Assembly (NCBI GenBank): GCA_012295275.1
Contig: CM022665.1
Span: 37,882,001-37,946,000 of the forward strand
DNA: 64,000 nt
Direction of reading: 5' to 3'
DNA from: Chrysomallon squamiferum
Lineage: Eukaryota; Animalia; Mollusca
Below, piece after piece: positions 57,749 through 64,000 of the stretch. A program made the translations under genes and the position numbers. Every line of letters begins with the position of its first letter. Positions within the stretch are counted from its first letter, which is position 1. The notes below the pieces were generated by a model. The model was not told the DNA's origin and did not search any database. It saw only the letters and a list, made by a program, of their open reading frames with translations.

Positions 57749-57854
<106 letters not shown>

Positions 57855-58621
57855 AATAATAATTATAATAATAATAATAAAATATGAAATCAGCGAGAAA
57901 GAGCGGTAATGTGGCCGCATCAGTCTCCTTTTCTTTCCCCTTTTTTTCTCACACAGATATGAAAACGAGCACACCTTACTCTGAACACCAAACCTTTGGC
58001 GTAATAGTACCAGTGCTTCGTTCAAAGCAATATCTTTAACTCAATAACAGTACAGTTATTGATAAAGCTAGCAAGACTTAGACTGACACGAAACCAATTT
58101 CCAAACATCAAATATCACCACACTGGTTAAGCAATGTGCAAATAAGCACTAATTCCTGACTTCCATTCTAATACCAAAATTACAAACTTAAGCGACCCTA
58201 ATTAGACTACGTAAAAATTATCGCTATGTAAAATATGACTCTCTGGATAATTTTATATTTAATAACGTTCAGTGTAATATGTTTCAGCACTTAAATGGAT
58301 CACGAATTAGTGATACTAATAATGCAATAGACCACGCACGTGTAAAATTTAGACAATTCTCTAAGGAGATGTGTGACCTCGGAGTTTTAAGTAAAAGTAA
58401 AAGTTATAGTCTCTGAATTATTTCATTTCTTTTCCGATCTGAGACTTCCAGTTCTTATAAACATTCTAAGAAATACGTTTTGTTCATTATTGTTGCAGAA
58501 CAATAATTTGACTGTCTGTTAGTAATAAAAACAAATATTCAAAGGGACGAAACACATATATTTGAGCTGTCATATAATTCCTGCGTACAGCTTTGCTGAT
58601 ACAGAATAAAAATCAGTTTTC

Positions 58622-58711
<90 letters not shown>

Positions 58712-59394
58712 GTTTTATCGTCTAAAGATTACTTCTCCTCGGTGTACAATTTATTTCACCAAATATGCACATTTCATACGCACATACAATAAACATTAAA
58801 AACACTCACAAATGTTTTCCGGTTTTTATCCAGCTATGAGATGTTCGAAAGACATCAAGTTCATTTGTGTTCTAATCCGAACAACTCTGTCTCATTAAAC
58901 TGTGCATGTCTGTTTGCCCTTTTCAAATGATAAACGAGAAAACCTTCGCAGTGATGATGCTAATAAACCATTTATTAACTTGTCTAATTTTCTGCACATA
59001 CGATTCTGTGTTTACTTTTTTTTTCTCTCTCTCTCTTTATTTTCTTGTTAGGATTGTTTCTGTTAAATTATCAGCCTTTCTTATTTCAGCATATTAGTTG
59101 ACATCTGAACAGAGAAAGGGCTAATTAAAGACAAATATGTATTATATACCAAATAGTGAGACAGTCAAACAGACACATACATACGGATAGAAAGACAGCT
59201 ATACATGTAGACAGACCGACATACAAATAGAGAGAAAGACAGACTGATGGATGGATGGATGGAGGGATGGATAGATATATAGATAGACAGATAGATAGAA
59301 TAATGGCAATAGAGATATTATCCTGACAATATTCGTATCATATATAAATGCATAATAATTAATGAAATACTTAAAATTAATTAACTCTCTCTTT

Positions 59395-59477
<83 letters not shown>

Positions 59478-60140
59478 ACCCACCAACCCACCATTTTTAG
59501 TTCTTTTAGTGTATCTTTCTCTCTTCGTCTGTCTTTATTTCTATCCCTTTATCATTTCTCTGTTTCTTTATTTCTGCTTATTATTATTATTATTATTAAT
59601 TATTTATTTATTTATTTTTAATTTCTTTCCTTCTTTCTTAGTCACATTTTCTCTGACTTGCGTCAAGGAAACATTCACACCTGGGTCTACGCTCTACAGC
59701 AAAGAGACGTTTTCTGATTTGATTCATAACTTTTACCAGCTGTTAGATCTAGCAACAGTGATGACCGGCGATTGTCCAGGGACTGCTAGTGATGGATCAG
59801 CAAGGACATCGGTCACTAGTTAGTTTCAATATCTAACGTAACAGTTATGACACTAACATCAAATACAACAATACGAGAATAAATATCACAGAGATGAAAA
59901 GAGTAAAGTTCATGGATCAAAAGTTAATTCAGATATATTAACTAAAACACGGATTAATTAAGATTAATGCCCATTTCAAAACATGTATTATTAGAATAAA
60001 GCACATAGACCAGGCTTTAAGATGTGTGACATAATAATAATAATTAAAACGATATGGAAGAATAAACCCTTTAGAGTAGGAACAAACCACATTAAAATGT
60101 TATATTAAAGATATACGTTACTAAATAAACCGTTTAGATT

Positions 60141-60182
<42 letters not shown>

Positions 60183-60628
60183 TGTGTGTGTGTGTTTGTG
60201 TGTATATATATATATATTACAGAACACACCACTCATTTTCATATAAACTGTTTGAGATATATTCACGAAAAACTGGAATTACTGAATATTTTAATACTCA
60301 GCTATAATCACAGAAACATTTACGTTTATTTTCTTTTTGATACACATTGCCTCGAGTTAAAATATGTTTAAGAATGAGATGAATTTTCATTCTGTTGAAA
60401 TTATCAAAGCAAAGCATAGTTCGGCATACGTATTTCTCATCAAAACAGAACTTGAAAATGAATATCGGATTTGAAGATATTAACATTGTAAAGCATCAGA
60501 AAGGAAAAATAATAAAGAATCCTTTGATTACCTGAGGCGTTTTGTTGTTTTTGTTTTGATTTTTGCCAGCCATTTTTAGATCAACATTTTCATTCACTCA
60601 GTAGAAATAAGAAAATTGTTGGGTCTGT

Positions 60629-60666
<38 letters not shown>

Positions 60667-61989
60667 CGATATATATATGGATGGATGGATGGATGGATGA
60701 ATGAATGGATAGACAGATAATTACACAGAGGGATAGATAAAAAAACAAAAAAAGATAAAAAGGGAGTGAGAGGAAATGTGACTGTACGAACAAATAAGTA
60801 AAAACATTTATAGATTTCAAGTGATTGTTTCTTATCATCAGCCTTTGCTCAAAATAAAATATGGCATTAATAACGTAACAGTGCCCATAAGGGTTTTTCG
60901 ATATCTCCTACAAAATGTGAAAGACAGAATTTGAAATAATTTGCTGTTAAAAATTCACCGGCAAAGTTACCACAACTGCCAATCTACGTTTCAGTGCACA
61001 AAGTCATGTCACGAAATTAAGAACAATGAAAGTATCTAGATTTTCCTCAGAACTGTACTGCTATTTTTGTATTTAATTATAATCTAGAACTAGCTGCGAG
61101 AAACACAAAACAGTAGGTGTTAATTGACTGTTCAGCGTACATACAAACTAGTACACTGTAAGGAGAATTAAACACGTAAGTGAGTGGGGGTAGACGAAAA
61201 AAAAAAAAAAAAAAAAAGGTAAGCTTAAGGGAGAATGAACAAACGTAAACGATAAAGGAAAATCAGTTAAAAGGCTAATTCTGTTAAGAAAACTTCAGTA
61301 AAGACGTATGTATTTCCATTAATTAGTTTGTCAAGACGTCAAAGTACACTGAGTGCAGCTGTACAGGAAATACTTCAGGATGGAGCTCGCGCATGCTTCA
61401 CACGAGGGAAACGTCACAGCTCATCCATCTACTCGTGGACAGCGGAGCATGTTCCAGAGGAAACCCGCACTAACAATCGAACATGCTCCCACTTATTAAT
61501 AGAAACACGTAGCGCTGTTAGGGAGAAACGCCACTCTGTGAAAAAGGGCAGGGTCGTACAAGATAAAATTGTTAGGGTTTTTATTTTATTTTATTTTATT
61601 TTTTTTTTTCACGAACGGGGTGGAGTATATACGATTACTGTTATCCGGACAAGTATTACAGATGACTGGCACAGCGTATATATTGTAACCCAGCATTTAA
61701 TGTGTGGTTATTTGTAACTCTAAATGTTCCTTCTTTCAAGAAATTGTAAAGTAATTCCACATGTAGGACGGGCCCTGATGTATTTTTAAAGATCGATTTA
61801 AAACAATATGTTTATTTTAAAATAATTTACCTGCACTCTTTAGACGAAAATAAAATATCTGAAGCATGATGGACAGGGATAGATATACAGACAAATAGAT
61901 AAAAAGGAATATACATGTACAGACAGACAGATAATTGGATAGATAGATAGACAGGTACACTTCAGATGAGACTACATACATCCGAGACA

Positions 61990-62020
<31 letters not shown>

Positions 62021-62492
62021 TCAAATATACTTTCTCTGTTTAATTTAATTTCAGCTGAGATACATTACCACTCAGTTAAACCAGAAATTTTTCTTTCCTC
62101 ATTTATTTTATTGTATACAATTTGTTTTAATTCTCTTCTATCTTAAATAATAAATTGGTATTTAATGATGCCCCTGAGCACATACTAAAACGTGTATGAT
62201 ATGAATGAACTAGATATGTCAAAGCCAGCTTAGTGTCAGTGACTTGATATGCTTAATATTTCTATTTTTGGTATTATGTGACGTGTCTCCGAGTCAGATT
62301 CACAAGGGAAAAATAAGAGTCATTGAGAATTTTCATTATTTTCTGTAAGTTGGAAGTTTTGAAAATACATTTTGACCCTTTTCATAATGAAATATCGAAA
62401 TCATTTGTTTTTGTTGTTTGTTTTGTTTTGTCCCTTGAGCCACGGAACTGCCCTATTATGTTTTTGGACAGTTCTCATTTAAAAATTAATAA

Positions 62493-62523
<31 letters not shown>

Positions 62524-62749
62524 AACCAGAGGTTATTACAACCTTAAAAACATCACAATGACACCAAAATGAATAATAATATTAGTGTATTCACGAAAGT
62601 GTGTGTGTTTGTGTGTGTGTATATGCACGCACTTATTTTATTTTATTATTTTATAATATTTACTTTTTATTGCACCTTATATATTACCTTAAAATCATCT
62701 TTCTTTATTGATTTGTATATTATTGTTTTTCATTTGTATTTTTAAAAAT

Positions 62750-63200
62750 AAAAATCGCGACAGCGATAAAACGAATTACAACAATCGACGACTGTGTAAG
62801 TCTTACCAAAACCGTCTGACGCCATATTTTTAAATCACGTTCTTCACGTTGATTGGTCGGTTGATTTGTGGGTAACGACGAACTAACGCGATTTGACCGT
62901 AAAGAGAATTTTGTCGTCACTTTTATGGTTCTAGCGATAAAAACAATGAACCGAAATAAACTTAAATGAAGAATCACGGTAAATATTTCGAGAGAATGAA
63001 GAAGAAGAATGGCTTCTTGCACCTGTTTGTTTTCCGCTTGTCGAAGAAGGTTTTCAAATTGAACTAACCGATTCGCAAGAGAGTCGTGCCGATACTGAAT
63101 TAATTGCTATTACCCTATTTCTGTACGTCTGTTCAACGCCTCTCAAATAAACATCTTCGCTACTCACATCTGGAAAACTTCAGCAACTGACAATGGAATT
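62750..63200. promoter_or_regulatory. CpG-rich promoter-like region, possibly the 5' end of an unresolved neighbouring gene
   Basis: Dense CpG, GATTGG (CCAAT box) near 62850 and donor-like GTAAG on both strands near 62800. No recognisable protein. Confidence 0.35.
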
Positions 63201-63257
63201 CTGTGCAACCTTGTACATGTAGTAATATATTGTTTGGAAAATCTTTCTACTGTTCTT

Positions 63258-63652
<395 letters not shown>

Positions 63653-64000
63653 GCAAAAATCAGCAGTATAGTTATGTAATAAGAAAAAATACAGGTATTT
63701 TCTTTTATAACAGAGAGTATGAAACTGTGCATACAAAAAGTGGTTTACAAAGAGTTTTCCCCCAGACCCCTCAGACAGAACAGATCCAAGCTGTAAAAAG
63801 TGTGCATTTCTTTTTAATTTGCATAATTACAAAATGGCCGCCAAATACTATACTAAGAAAATATATATATATTTTAAATTAATTTTCTCTAAACTTCTGA
63901 GAGAATACAAATAATTGTTTATTTTAGCCTAGGATATATATGTATAAAATAATTTTATGAACTGCCAGTAATAAACGCATAATGTGTGAATAACGCAATA

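Noticed and set aside
61328-61717. 129-aa ORF
   Set aside because: TTG start, runs through low-complexity sequence, no motif.
59735-62824. Possible minus-strand gene starting MASDGF|gtaag (~62806-62824) spliced to ~59735-59815
   Set aside because: Poor acceptor, no recognisable protein and no further exons found.

Overview
AT-rich, microsatellite-rich eukaryotic (metazoan, probably molluscan) genomic DNA with spliced genes; nothing prokaryotic. Five genes were reconstructed by hand with phase-consistent exons. (1) TAF6L, minus strand, 3' end outside the window. (2) Pyruvate carboxylase (PC), plus strand, head-to-head with TAF6L, 20 core coding exons, 1192 aa, with candidate in-frame microexons in its 5 kb intron 9. 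(3, 5) Two paralogous 98-aa secreted 8-Cys peptide genes in inverted orientation whose cysteine spacing resembles eclosion hormone. (4) An RDH11-14-type SDR gene lying between them. The most unusual structure: the two peptide paralogs are only 47/71 identical in the predicted mature peptide, yet they share a perfectly identical 193-bp TATA/first-exon/donor block, which forms an inverted repeat around a ~22 kb segment. One paralog appears to use a GC-AG intron. A TA-flanked Tigger4-like MITE and degenerate SINE fragments are also present. Family assignments come from recalled motifs; no database search was run.
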